Shown: positions 13,781 through 26,075 of the stretch, piece after piece | Position numbering within the stretch: position 1 is the first letter of the stretch | Layout: each line of letters begins with the position of its first letter | Origin: Prorocentrum cordatum | Taxonomy: Eukaryota | Length of the DNA stretch: 64,000 bases | Direction of reading: 5' to 3' | NCBI GenBank assembly: GCA_963575745.1 | Contig: CAUYUJ010000060.1 | Span: forward strand, 1 to 64,000 | Made by a program: the position numbers and the translations under genes | Notes under the pieces: generated by a model | Seen by the model: only the letters and a program-made list of their open reading frames with translations | Database searches by the model: none | Told to the model about the DNA's origin: nothing

Positions 13781-14560
13781 ACCCCACCCCACCCCCCCAC
13801 CCCACCCCCACCCCACCCACGGCCGAACTTTCAGGAGCCACTTTCACGTGGGCCAGGATGTCAGCCCAACGCGATTGATCTGAAGGAACAGCCGCGGACG
13901 CAGCTCCCCAGTGCGATGCCAGTGCATCAGCTGACTCCTGTAGGGTGGTACATGGGGGGCCATGCTCCGAGACCACGGCAGTCAGGTAGGTGCGACGTTC
14001 AGACTTCCTCCATAGTTCTTGTTTACGGCGTAGCTTTCCCAGTGCAGATGTGTTGGCCTTTTTTTTTCGCCCCCTTGAACTTGCCCCCCCCCCCCCCCCC
14101 CCCCCCCCCTCCTCCTCCTCATTCAGTATCTTGACGGATAACTCCTGGGCGTGGGAACAAATGCCAGGAAGATCTGTGCATGCCATAGCGTCGGCGTCAC
14201 AAAACTGCTGCAGCACAGGGTAGCAGGCGACGGCCTTGCAGAACAGGCGATCTTGCCTGGCACGCAGGCCACGCATAATAACCACGCACCAGTGATGCTG
14301 CTCTGCGATCTGAGTTGCAACTTGGTCAGCTAAACGCCGACGAACACGAGGGGCGATCTCATGCATGATCTCACTCACACGACCGAGAGCAGCATCTGCA
14401 CCTAGCAGGTCATGCGCTTCAGCACGGGCTCCGAGCTCATGCTCAAGCACTTGTTGGTAAGTATCACGCTTACTCAACCAAATCGGGATAATAGCATTCT
14501 CCCCAGTGGGCGGACGACAAGTTCGAATCTGCGCTAAAGCAGGGATGTGACCCGAGGAAC
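11600..14560 (-). pseudogene. LINE reverse transcriptase and C-terminal region, disrupted by frameshifts
   Basis: RT motifs NRPLPMSNTDADIL, GRQMLTNV, DFAAASPSLLHDWLF, GDPSSMALFCLCLDP, ACADD (~13010-13025) and KHLGLHIG. The C-terminal CIFGC...DDLRHYKFC is a finger-like motif. Confidence 0.85.
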
Positions 14561-15290
14561 GAGCAAGCTTGCCGATCACGGAGGATTAAATGGTTAAATC
14601 GGCGATGATGGCGGCAGGCAGGGAGGAGTAAATCCGAACAAGGCGAGAAATGTCTGCAATATGTCCGTCACGTAGCTCTCGTCTCGTATCCTCGGCATGA
14701 AATAACTCAATACAGGAGCCGCACTTACGAGTACAAACCCCATCAAATCTCACATCTCCATTCGCCCATCCACTCCCATCAGGAAACATGCTGCCCTCCT
14801 CCTCTAACGCGAAATTCCAGTCCATTTGGATAAGAGAGAAACGCTGCTCAGCTGGTGGCAAAACCTCCATTAGCTCATGCAGCGAATGGGCGTATACATG
14901 CAGCGGCTCGCACGCATTCGGCATATGCACACTCATGATTACAAGCTTCCCTTTCCCCCAATCAAAATTCTGAGAAGCATCCTCCCTTCCTGGATGATAT
15001 GGAGAAAGGCAAACCGACAACGCCGAGCGAGCTCGGGCGCAAAGTACGTGACAAGGCCCCCAGCACGAGTGGAGTCATTGAACATAGTACCACCAACACT
15101 CGATCCGCGGAATTCCCCCTGAAGAGCACCAAGGTCGGCGACGGCCCCACGGGTCTCCTGAGCACGCACAGTCTGGCATTTCCGACAAAGCCCCAAGAAC
15201 TTGCCAGGTCTAGCGGCAGCGTTGCGCTGACGACGCGATCTAACGGCCGCGAACAGTCCACGAGCGTCCCACGTCACAATATTGAAGGGG
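14560..15290 (-). pseudogene. LINE apurinic-like endonuclease (APE/EEP) domain, frameshifted
   Basis: Motifs FNIVTWDARGL (TWNxxG), AQETRG (QE), SVHMP, MDWNF (GDxN) and SRLVRIY (SRLDR). Confidence 0.85.
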
Positions 15291-15369
15291 GTAGGAGGGA
15301 AAAAAAGGCTACTGGTGCGAAGAATGATTAGGCCAGGGCGGAAGTGGTACACTGGGCAAAAACAAAAGA

Positions 15370-16368
15370 ACAGAAGCAGGGTCAGCAGGCACAGGCTCCT
15401 GCTCAGAGTCAGAGGAGGACGAAGAGGCGGACGAGGTAGAGGACGCTGAACTGATACTCATTGAATTCGACTCGCCGACAGCGAACCCCGAGCTGGACGG
15501 CGTAGATGTAGCTGGTAGCGTCGACCTTCAGGAGCGGTAACCATCGATCCACTTCTGCAAAACGTCGGTAGTGATGCCCCAGTAGCGCAGATCCTCCTCA
15601 TTCGGCTTGAGCAACAACCGGCCTAGTGAATCGGTCTCCCCTTTGGCGAGCACGAAGTGGTCCGTATCGGTGCGAATGAAAAACTCGTTGCGGAAGCCGT
15701 TCGCGCCGATCGTGAGTTCATTTGAGAACTGGTTGATGCTGTGCAGGTGCTGGACAACGGGCCACCACATCTTGGACATGTGGCGTTGACGCAGTCTGAC
15801 GTCGTCTGGTAGATCAGAACGAATGCTGAGAGCGTGGAACTTGTTATCTCGTGGATCAACTCATCGGTGTTCTTTGCCTTGAAACCATAGTTTGAACTCG
15901 CTCGCCAGCTGGAGCTGCAAAGTGGAGTGAGAAGCTCTGACTGTTCTTCGCGAACTTGGCCGTGATCCCTGCTACGAGGTGCGAAGGGGCAGTTGGCTGG
16001 AGAAGAGACCACGTCTGGCGACGAGTGGAATCCAGCACCGCCCGTGGGAAGCCCGAGATCCATAGGCGGCAAGAGTCGGTGTCGGCGTTGTCCTGGAAGT
16101 CGATGTTGCCGTTGGTGCGAAGCCTCCTGTGGCCAGGCAAAGACGACGCCGCTGACGGAAGACTCGTAGTGGCTTCTTTCAAGCTCTTCTCAGTGGCGGT
16201 TTGCTTGGCTTGAAGTTCTTGAAATTTGATCTCGAGAGCCGCCATTCTGCCATCAATCACTTTCACCTGGCTGGTTAGTTGGGTGTGCGTCTCCTCCACG
16301 CGACGTGACAGGCTCACGAATTGCCCCTCGGCAAAAGCAGCAAACCACGCTGGCGCCGCATCTCCCAT
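15370..16368 (-). pseudogene. LINE ORF1 (coiled-coil plus RRM-like region), frameshifted
   Basis: MGDAAPAW... is followed by the heptad region LSRRVEETHTQLTSQVKVIDGRMAALEIKFQELQAKQ and then RLWISGFPR. It continues in shifted frames (15623-16072, 15528-15779). It lies between the SL and the endonuclease. Confidence 0.7.
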
Positions 16369-16507
16369 GGCCAGTGTGAGGAATGCAAAGAAGACTGAGT
16401 GGCAAGCTGCACTCAATCCTAAGGGTGCGGAGCCGAAGAAGGCGGGCCTTTCCCCAAAGCCAGAGCATCCCCGTCGGCTGCGACCAAGGATCAAACCCCA
16501 GGGGCAG

Positions 16508-16530
16508 CTTTGAGCCTTGAGCAAAAATGG
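16508..16530 (-). other. Two relic spliced leaders (CCATTTTTGCTCAAG and GCTCAAAG) in tandem after the intact SL
   Basis: 16516-16530 (-) matches the 15-nt relic CCATTTTGGCTCAAG at 14/15, truncated after the SL-internal AG. 16508-16515 resembles a shorter relic. Confidence 0.85.
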
Positions 16531-16552
16531 CTTGAGCCAAAATGGCTACGGA
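16531..16552 (-). other. Intact dinoflagellate spliced-leader sequence TCCGTAGCCATTTTGGCTCAAG (retro-integrated, not an SL RNA gene)
   Basis: The reverse complement of cttgagccaaaatggctacgga is an exact match to the DCCGTAGCCATTTTGGCTCAAG consensus. It is followed by a relic leader rather than an SL intron. Confidence 0.96.
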
Positions 16553-17343
16553 GGGGTGTCATCCGCTCCAGGAATGATCCTGGACGACCTCCGGAGGCCT
16601 CCAGAAGGCCCTCGACGGCACACAACGCCCCAGGAGAGTCTGAACACAGGCCAGGATGCCCCGAAGCCGACCACTGCCGAAGAGGCAAAACCCACGGTTC
16701 CTTTAGGACATCGTTCTTCTATCATAGCCGACCGGGCTCGCCAGAGGCGTGCGGAGATCCGAGGCAACAGGTTACAAGGCTAATAGATTGCCACAGAAGC
16801 TGTGGTGAGGGTTCCGCGAACAACAAATCCATGGAGGGTCCCACAACAACCGACGAAGGCCCCCAAATGCTCCAAGAGACCACCAAACCGCCCTACTACC
16901 CCCAAAACGGCATGCTCCCCCTTTCGGCATTCCGACGCCCAACTACCACCATGACGGCTACAAGAGGACGCCCCGCCGAAAAGCAACACTCGGACGTTCC
17001 GGAAGCTCGGCTCCAAAAAGGTTCCAAGCAGCCTCTAGGAGCCTCCCACATACTATTCTGGAGCACACACACACACACACACAAAACAGCCACCATGCAA
17101 CTGGCGGGGTCACCCCCCACCCGCCCCTCTCCTCGTCCGACGCCGGCCCCCGACATAGCCCCAAAATAGCCCAAGGGAGCCCCAAAGCTGCCAAAGAAGT
17201 CCAGCCCCAGGAGGGGCCCAAGAACAGGAGCCCGAAGCGACAAGTGGAGCTTGAAGAGGTCCCCAAGGGTCCCCAAGAAACCCGTAAGAAACTCCAAGAG
17301 GGCCCTGGCCCCCCCAGACGCGCCAAGAGAGCCCCAAACTGCC

Positions 17344-17400
<57 letters not shown>

Positions 17401-17439
17401 CAAAAGCCGCCCCCGAAAGGCCCCCACGGGGTCCTCCAT

Positions 17440-18000
17440 TCCTCCTCCACCTCCTCCTCCACCTCCTCCTCCTCCTCCTCCTCCTCCTCCTCCTCCTCCC
17501 CCTCATCTCCTCCTCCTCCTCTCCTCTTCTCCTCCTCCTCCTCCTCCTCCTCCTCCTCCTCTTCCTCTCCTCCTCCTCCTCCCTCCTCCTCCTCCTCCTC
17601 CTCCTCCTCCTCCTTCTCCTTCTCTCCTCCTTCTCCTTCTTATCCTCTTCTCCTCCTCCTCTTCCTACTCCTCCTCTCCCTCCTCATCCTCTCTGCTCCC
17701 CTCCTCCTCCTCCTCCTCTCCTCGTCCTCCTACTCCTCTCTCCTCCTCCTCCTCCTCCTCCTCCTCCTCCTCCTCCTTCCTCTCCACTCCTCCCTCATCA
17801 TCCCTCCTCTCTCCTCCTCCTCCTCTCCTCTGCTCCTTCCTCCTCTCCTACTCCTCCTCCCTCCTCCGTCTGCTCCTCATCCTCATCCCCTCCCTCCTCC
17901 TCCCCTCCTCCTCCTGCTCCTCTCCTCCATCCTCCTACTCCTCCCCTCCTCCTCCTCCTCCTCCTCCTCCTCCTCCTCCTCCTCCTCCTCCTCCTCCACA
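17440..18000. repeat. (CCT)n/(GGA)n polypurine tract; many more at 600-720, 1030-1100, 1265-1510, 6900-7150, 37320-37500, 42505-42640, 44680-44985, 54120-54300, 57085-57160, 57705-57885 and 63060-63415
   Basis: Direct reading. Confidence 0.95.
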
Positions 18001-18260
18001 ACCTTCACCTCCTCCCTTCTCGTCATTTTGCATCCCCGCCCCCCCGAGGCGGCCCACGCCTGTCGAGCCCCTTGCACAGGAACGCGGACGCGTCGCGGCC
18101 CCGCAGGGCGGCCAGGACCCTCGTGGAAACCTCTGCAGGCCAGAGGGGCTTCGAGGGCAGCAGAAGAGGCGCCCTCCCATTATCCTCGATCCTCCTCCTC
18201 CTCCTCCTCCTCCTCCTTCTCCTCCTCCTCCTCCTCTCTCCTCCTCATCATCCATCACAT

Positions 18261-18301
<41 letters not shown>

Positions 18302-18331
18302 TCACATCATCATCATCATCATCATCATCAT

Positions 18332-18362
<31 letters not shown>

Positions 18363-18488
18363 GCAGCAGCAGCATCATCATCATCATCATCAGCATCATC
18401 AGTCATCATAACATCACCATCACCATCACCACACCACCATCATCATCATCATCACCATCATCAGCATCCTCATCAGCAACAGCGTCAG

Positions 18489-18520
<32 letters not shown>

Positions 18521-18844
18521 GCAACATCATCATCATCAACATCCATCATCATCATCATCATCATCATTCATCATCATCATCCATCATCACCACCACCCAT
18601 CACATCATCATCATCATCATCATCATCAGCCAGCAATCAGCATCAGCAGCATCATCATATCATCACATCATCATCATCAGCCACAGCATCATCACAACAT
18701 CACCATCACCATCACCACACCACATCATCATCATCATCATCAGCATCCTCATCAGCAACAGCGTCAGCATCATCATCATCATCATCATCAGCATCATCAT
18801 CATCATCAACATCATCATCATCTCATCGTCATCATTCATCATCA

Positions 18845-18899
<55 letters not shown>

Positions 18900-20179
18900 C
18901 CCCATCCATCCTCCTCCTCCTCCTCCTCCTCCTCCTCTCCTCCTCCTGACAGCCTCCTTGCTGTCGCTGTCACTGTCGGCATCAGCGTGACGGTTGACAC
19001 CGTAATCCCTCCGTTTCTTCTTCTCCTCCCCCTCCTCCTCCTCCCCTCCTCCTCTCCTCCCCCTCCTCCTCCTTCTCTCCTCCTCCCCCTCCTCCTCCTC
19101 CTCCTTCTTCTCCTTCTCCCCCCCCCCTCCCCTCCTCCTTCTCCTCCCTCCTCCTCCGCCTCCTCCATCCGTTTGCCGTTCCAATGACGCCTCCCTGTGG
19201 CACCCCGAGACGTGTCGACGGGGCGGGCCTGCGTTCCGCCTCGGACTTCGCCCCGCCTACGACCCCGGAGCTTCAATGTTGCAGCAACTTGACGGATGGC
19301 GGGCGGGCAGCTTTGAAAACATGGCTTTCGCCGCAGCGCCGCGCAGCTTCGTGTCATGAAAAAGGGTGCAGAGACGGGGATCGTTTTGCAAACGGGGCTC
19401 TCACCTCCTCCGCCTCCTCCTCCTCCTCCTCCTCCTCCTCCTCGTCCTCCTCCCTCCTCCTTCTCCCCCTCCTTCTCTTCCTCCTTCTCCCCCTCCTCCT
19501 CCCCCTCCTCCCCCCTCCCCCTCGTCACCCCTCCTCCCCCTCCTCCCCCTCCTCCTCCTCCTCCTCCTCCTTTCTCCTCCTCCCATCGTGCTGCGCACAT
19601 CGGTCTTCACAAGTTGCAGCAGCTTCCACGGTGGAGGGCGGGCGGCTTCCGAAGCACAGTCGAGGCGCTGACTCATAAGTAACCCGACATGAGGGACGAG
19701 GCCCCTGGTCTTCCATGAGCTGAGCCTCGATTTCCCACAGAACACCCGAGGCGCCCTCGATTTGTCTGGCTGACCGGTTGCAGCAGCTTCGAAGCCGGAG
19801 GGCGGGGCGTGCGGAACATGGGGGTCCCGCCACGGCGCCGCACGCACTCTTTTGAGGGGGCCCTGGGACACACAAATAGAAAGACACAAAGAACAGGATC
19901 CCCTTTTTTATATTCTTTGGGTTTTCGTCTTCCCCCCCACTTCCCATAGTTTCCCATACTTTCCTGGGAGTCGACGATCAATTGTGTCTGTGTGTTTCTT
20001 TCCCTCCTGATCGTTTTCACACTTGCAGCCGTTGCAATGATGGAGGGCGGTTCCGTTTCAGAGTGGGGAATTCACTTGAGACTCAGTTTGATCGCAAGCC
20101 CTGAAGCTTGAACACAGGCAACAGCTGCACAAATGAAAGACAAATTCTTGCCACAGTTGAACGTCCGCTTGATCGTTCT

Positions 20180-20955
20180 ATCCGCCACCGTGCCGGTGGG
20201 CACGGAGTGGACGTGTCCTCAGGTCCTTTGTCTGATCCATAAGGCATTCCTGAGAAGTCCTGGAGGGGCCTGGCCCCCAAATTGCCAAATCTCTCGCTTT
20301 TTCCCGCGTGCTGCCTGGGGTTTCCCGCGGCTTCTAGCGTGACTTCTTCGGAGCCGAGAAGTCCCCAAGACGGGCCAAGAGGGCTCCACGAGGCCCAAAG
20401 AGGTCCCCAAGACGGCCAGGGGCCCCCGAGACGGCCCAAGAGGGCCCCGAGTCGCCGAACGAGGTGCAAGGTGCCCAAAACGGCCCGAAGACATCCCAAG
20501 AGGCCTCCAAGACGCCCCAAGAGGCCTTCCAGGAGGGCTCCGAGGACAAAGATCAATGATTGTCCTCAGGTGGTTCATGGATTTGGGCGTTCTCGCCTTA
20601 TCGGCCTTCCGACGCTCCAAAACGGACCAAGAGGCCCCAAGACCTTCCCAAAACGACCAAAACGCCTCCGAGAGGGCCCCAAGACGACCTAAGAACGCCC
20701 CAAAACTGTCCAAGAAGCGCCCAAGACGGCCGAAGAAGGCCCCATAACGGCCCCAAAAGGAGCCCAAGAGAGAGAGCACGAACCGACCGAAACTCCGAGC
20801 CTACCGCCCCGAGGTGCCCCCAGGATGCCACCCCGAAACAGTCCCAAAACTGTTTTCAAGAGGTCCCCGACAGGCCTCATACTAAATCCTGGCGAACACC
20901 CAATTGGCTTCACAACAACAGCCAAGGCACGGTGGCGGGATGGGCCGACGGCCAT
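20180..20955. mobile_element. Non-autonomous element with a 13-bp inverted repeat and a 3' hairpin, filled with GGCCCCAAGA-type repeats
   Basis: CCGCCACCGTGCC (20182-20194) / GGCACGGTGGCGG (20926-20938), followed by the hairpin GGCC-GAC-GGCC. Confidence 0.55.
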
Positions 20956-21175
20956 TTGAAATTTCATAACCACCACGAATACCAGAACATTTGAAAGATG
21001 GCACAGCTTCACGGATCGAGGGCATTTCCAAAATGCGGCGATCGCGACAAACATACTCGATGTTCATGGCCAGAACTGAAAGCTTGCAACCAACTCCCAG
21101 ATGAGGGCGGTATTTTACAACGGAGGTACCGCTGGACACCTCGACGAACCGTATGATCATCACTCCTCACTCCGA

Positions 21176-24100
21176 TCCAGCACCAGACTTCGCTTCAAGC
21201 TCACTCGAACTTAGGGCTCCCTTCCGGCAAAGCCCGCATTGAGTTCCACTATTCGCAGACACCCCTGCTTCGAGGACGTTCGAAGGCCCCGCGCTGCGGA
21301 AACGCAGCGGCGTAAAAGGCCGCCAATGGCGCGCATCATGTCAGACTACTCGAGTTCTCACCCGCGCAATAGCACGGCACAGCACAGAGAAGACTATGAT
21401 CAAGAAAGGTCGCCAGCAACGGTGCGCCAACGGCAAGGGTGGGATTGCGGGAACCAGACGCAGCAGACGACGGTGCTTCCACTTCGATTCCGAGAGATTC
21501 AACCGCAAGCTAGAAACATCAATCCCCATTCCTTTCCAGCACCAAACTTCGCTTCAAACTCATTTGCCCTTCCCAAAAAACACGCACTGAATGTCACCGT
21601 TCGCAGACAGCCCTGCCTCAATGATGTTCGAAGGCCTCGCGAGGCGGAACCGCCTCAGCGCAGAAGGCCGCCATCGACGCGCATCAAATCAACCATATCG
21701 AGTTCCCATCACCACTCCCACCATGAGTGCAGCACTGGCATCGCGGCAAACAGCACCTCACAATGACTGTGATATTTGCCTCGCGGCGCAGCAATATTGA
21801 CATCGGCGCCCAGGGCCTGGGCCACTCGCCTCTGCCGAGGCCCTGGCATCTTTGCCGAGCGAGTGAGAATTCAGCCGCGCGTCTCATGGCGCGCGACGGA
21901 GGAGCGAGATGCCCACTGACTCCGTTGCTGCCCTTCCTAAAAAAAAAAACACCTGATTGTTCGGCCAATCCGCGGGCGGCCCGCCGCGGCGGACCGCGCG
22001 CGGGCACGCCCGTGGGCTTGTCGAGCCCGAGCTCCCGGAGCCCCCGCTTGAAATCCGATTCCAGCTGCGGCAAGGAGACGCGAAAGAGACAACTGTGGGG
22101 CTGCTGGGCTCTGTCGCAGATCCTCCCAGGGCGGCCCCGCGCCCAATGCCCGCTGGCCGCGCCCGCCCAGACCCCGACAGCCTCGAGCCCGGTCACGGTC
22201 GACCCCCCCACTCCGAGTCGCCCAGCGCGACGCTCCACTCGCCAGAGCACAGCGCCCAGCGCGCGGCTGGGGGGGCAGAACTTTGGCCTCGATCAGGTTC
22301 AGGGTCTCCGAGGGCCTCATAGAGCCGTCGCGCTGCGCCGAAATCGCGCGGGCCCCTCTCGGCCGCTGTTCAACGCCCACTTCGCGAGGAGACCGATCGC
22401 CGCCTCCGGCAGCCCGTCTCGCGCTCGGCCAGGCGCCCGCTTCCCCCAGCCAGCGGGGGCCGCGCGGCTCTTTGGACGCAGGTTGCACTTCCCCAAGCCC
22501 GTGGTCCCCAACGAGACCGAGGCGCTCTTCGGGTCGCGCCCCTCGGCGGGGCCCTCGCCAGCCAGGCACTTCCGGGCGAAGTACTCGCACGTGAATCCGC
22601 CCACCGAGGTCGCGCCCAGCAGCCTGGCCGCTGCCGGCGCCCACTCCTGGAAGTCCGTCAGGCTCTTGCGGTGCGCCCTGAGGATCGGCGCCGTCGCCGT
22701 CGCCCTCCCTGCGGGTCTTGCGCTGGCGCGCCTCGCTGCGGATCGGCAAGACGGCGCGCCGTCTCGCGGCGCCTGGCGCGCTTCTCCCGCGCCGACCGCC
22801 TCCGGCCCGCTCGGCGCCGGCGCGCCCGGAGAGCCCGCCGCGCCCCTCGACGCGGCGAGCCCCGCCCCCCGCCGCGCCGCCACCTTCTGCTCCGAGATCG
22901 CCGATCCCCAGGCTGGTCGAGGATCGTGTTCGGGCGAAGCGGCCAGCGGCCACCACCCCCAAGTTCTCGCCGCCATTCCTGCGCCCCGCTCGGATCGGAA
23001 GGCGCGCAACTCGAGGCCCCAATCTCTGGGGCCGCGGCGCTGGCTATAAAGACGCAGAGGGCCCCGGGGAACTTGCCAGCCGGATTCGCTCGCAGGACCC
23101 AGCGACGCAACCCATCTTCCACTCTTACTATCATGTGACCTAAGAGTGTAACATGAGCACGATGCTTATCACAGTTAACTCCAAGCTGATCGATGCACTT
23201 CGAGTTCGTCATGATGCACGCAGGATTCCTGCGGTCTGCGCTGCACATGCACGCGTCGAACGATACGGGGCGGGCCCCTAGGGGGGGCCCGGGAGCCCTG
23301 CGACAGGGAGGGAGCCACAACCTTCTGGCCCTCGCGTTCTCGAAACTAGGCGTCGCCTCGCATCGAACGCGCTCTCGGACCACCCCATCATTTAAAACAA
23401 CGAAACCATCTCCAAGGTGCCCCCGAGCTCTTGCCCATGCCCAGATTCGAATACCTCTTCGAGCAATTGGCCACATGCTGCGCGGGGTCCCCAGGTGAAC
23501 ATGCCAAATCTTCCCCTCTCTAGCCATTCTCAAGACGGGCTTCTGCATTGTTTCACTGCTCAGATCACACCCGGCCCCGAATTGCAACTCGAAGGGCGGG
23601 CCTGCGCGCGGGCCCGGGCTCCGACAGGCCGCGGCGAGCCCCGTGGCCCCAGCGCGAAGCTCCAGGACTGCCCGGTCGGCCCGCCTGGCCCAGGCTAAAG
23701 CAGGGCGAGGCGCGGGCTGCCTCTCGGTCTCGACGGCCGCCTCCAGCTCCAGACGCCCTCTCGGCACCCGACGGGGCCGCGGCGGGGACCTCCCCGCCTC
23801 GCTCTTGACGGCGAGTGGGCGCGCAGTGCGAGACTGCGGTGCTGGCCGGCCTCAGGCGCCCCCGTCGGCGGCGCGGCGCTCGCCGCCCACGCGCGGCCAC
23901 CTCGGCCGACGGTTGGCCGTCAGATAATAAGCGCGCGGTCGACGACGCGCAGCGCTCATCGCCCATGAACGACGCTGGCCCTTGTCAAAGCAGCAGCGCG
24001 TCACCACGCTGTCCACGAGGCGAAGCCCGCGACGCCCTCGGAGACGACGACAACGAGCACGCCTCCGAACTCCATCCAAGGCGACGCGCGCCCCCATCAC

Positions 24101-26075
24101 GTCGACGCGCCCCTCTGGCCAGACCCAAAGACCACGGGCCGCCAAGGTCCAGGACGAGCAATCCGCCAGAGCTCGCGACACTGGCAGGATCGCCGCCGGC
24201 ACCTCTGCCACCGCGCCGCGGCGCCACCCCCGCGGAGGCCGCCTCGCGAGCCCAGCGAGCGCAGACCGTGCCCGCAACCATCGCCTGGCGCCCGCCCGCG
24301 CCCTTCGCCGCCGGGTCAGCGTAGACCTGCTCGTCGCCGTCGCAATCCTCCTGGCCCCCCCTAAGCCGCTCGCGCGCGTGGTCCGCGCACGCGAACGCGC
24401 AGGCGCTCGGGCTCCGGCTCCGTCTCCTCGAACCTCCACCTCTCGCGATGCCTCGTCTCCTCGGATATGGCTGGCAGCCCCGCCCTCTGGCGCGGCAACC
24501 CGCGCCCCTCGGTCGAGCTTTCCGAGACGCGCGCCGCCCCCGAGATCGGCGTAGCGAGATCCACGAAGGCAAAGTAGATCAGGCTCCGCACAGCCCGAAT
24601 CTCCATCCCGAGGACAAGATCCATCTGAACCCACCATTCGCGCCGATCGCCCAGTCGATGGCGCGCTTCCCGCAGGATAGACGTCGACAGACGACGCGGC
24701 TTCTTCGCGTTGAGTGCGCGCCCGAACCAAACCTCCCAGTCGCCACTGCGCACGCGCCGCCGTCGACGCCAAGCTTGGGTAGCAGCCCAGAACATCCAGA
24801 AACACTCAGGGGCATGCCTCATCTCGCGCACGCCCAGCTCCAACACCAGACCCAGCGACTCCACGACCTTCCTGATCGTCGGGGGGCGCAGCGAGAGCCC
24901 CTTGGACCTGGCGATCGATAAATATCTAAGTCGCGGCCTCCAAGCACGCCATCGCGCCCGAGGGGTCGTCGCCACCGCCGTCGCGCCGCCCGCGCGCGCT
25001 CTGCCCCGGCCCTAGCTGTCGCGCGCAGGAGGGGCGGGGGCTCAGCCCTTCGCCGCCGCGAGCCCAGCTCCCCCGAGGCAGGCCCCCGCGCCTTCGCTGC
25101 AGAGGTAGAGGGCTCAAGTCCAGCCCGCGCGCGACGCCTCGACCGCAACCTCGAGCATCTCCTCGGGCCCGACTGCGTCGAAGCGCTTCAACGCGTCGTT
25201 CCGCGCCTTCTTCAGCTGCCAGTGCTTCGCCTTCGCCGCGCGCCCCCGCCCGGGCCAGCCCGCCACCTCATCCGCCGAGCACTGGGAGAAGGCGACCTTT
25301 ACGTCGACGCGCCCGCGCTCACGCCCAGAGCGCCAATCTCGCCGATGTCGAAGCCCGACAAGTCGACTTCGGCCAGGGCACCCACCCCGCCCAATTTCGC
25401 ATTGGGAAGCCGCCGGCGAGGAGCGCCAGGCACTCTCGAGTCTCAAAAAAGTCTAATCTTCCTGCCTTTCTTCTGAACAGAAAAAGAGCCCCACTCGGGA
25501 CTCGACCACCGAGCAGATCCTCGACCAATCTCAAGGTGCAGCAGATGAGCTCGAGCAAGGCAATCACGCCGTAGGGCGGGGCCCCAGTGGGGCGCGCTCA
25601 ACTCGCCCTCCGCCCGCAGGCTCTCGATGCCCCCCGCGCCCCGCTCGACGCGCTTCTCGCTGTGCCCCGGCAGTCTGGCCGCCACCGGCGGCGGCGCCTT
25701 CGCTGCGCCCTTCGGCCGCGCATCGCCCTTCAGGACCCCCAGCTTCTCGAAGGCGTAGCTCGCCAAGTATTGCGGTGACTCACCGTGGAGTGACCTGGCC
25801 TTTCGACGCTGCCGCGGCGACCCCCCCCTACCCCTGGCCCTTCGGCTTCTCGCCGTACTTGCCCACCGCCGCCGCGACGCGCGCCAGGCAGTCCCGACGG
25901 GCGCGGCCGACGTAGCCAGAGTGGGCAGGCGCCCTCTTCAGATCTCCAGTCCGCGCGGCGTCGAGGCAGTTCAGCGCTCGAATCGCCCCCATCGCTCGCC
26001 CCGCCGCCCCGCGAGGTCAACGCCCTCGATCAGGAAACAGAAATGCAGGAAGCGGAAAGGGATCACCGTGCCCCC
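21176..26075 (-). mobile_element. 5'-truncated, heavily decayed YR retrotransposon (RT-RNase H, then MTase-like and YR)
   Basis: Pol-like start HGDPFPLP (~26045-26070), VDVKVAFSQC and RNase H LVDSVVTRCCFDKG. YR motifs are PHAVRRGGP and QWASRSSVARHE (~21880-22010). 3' direct repeats lie at ~21176-21360 and ~21535-21710. Confidence 0.78.
23040..23680 (-). pseudogene. C5 cytosine-methyltransferase-like domain upstream of YR
   Basis: AVLELRAGATGL (degenerate motif I, ELFAG), CDL, WHVHLGTPRSMW (PC motif mutated to PR), SFENAR (ENP) and FDACM. Confidence 0.7.

Larger units (their letters stand above)
11397..16552 (-). mobile_element. Full-length degenerate LINE (non-LTR retrotransposon): SL-capped 5' end, ORF1, APE endonuclease, RT, C-terminal Cys/His finger, A-rich 3' tail
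   Basis: Flanked by near-identical 21-bp direct repeats GGGG(C/T)GTCATCCGCTCCAGGA at 11376-11396 and 16553-16573 (TSD). Domain motifs occur in LINE order on the minus strand. The 3' end reads ...CCCCAAGAAAACAAA. Confidence 0.9.

Noticed and set aside
16531..16552. SL RNA gene
   Set aside because: It is followed by relic SL and LINE UTR rather than an SL intron, and it sits at a TSD junction.
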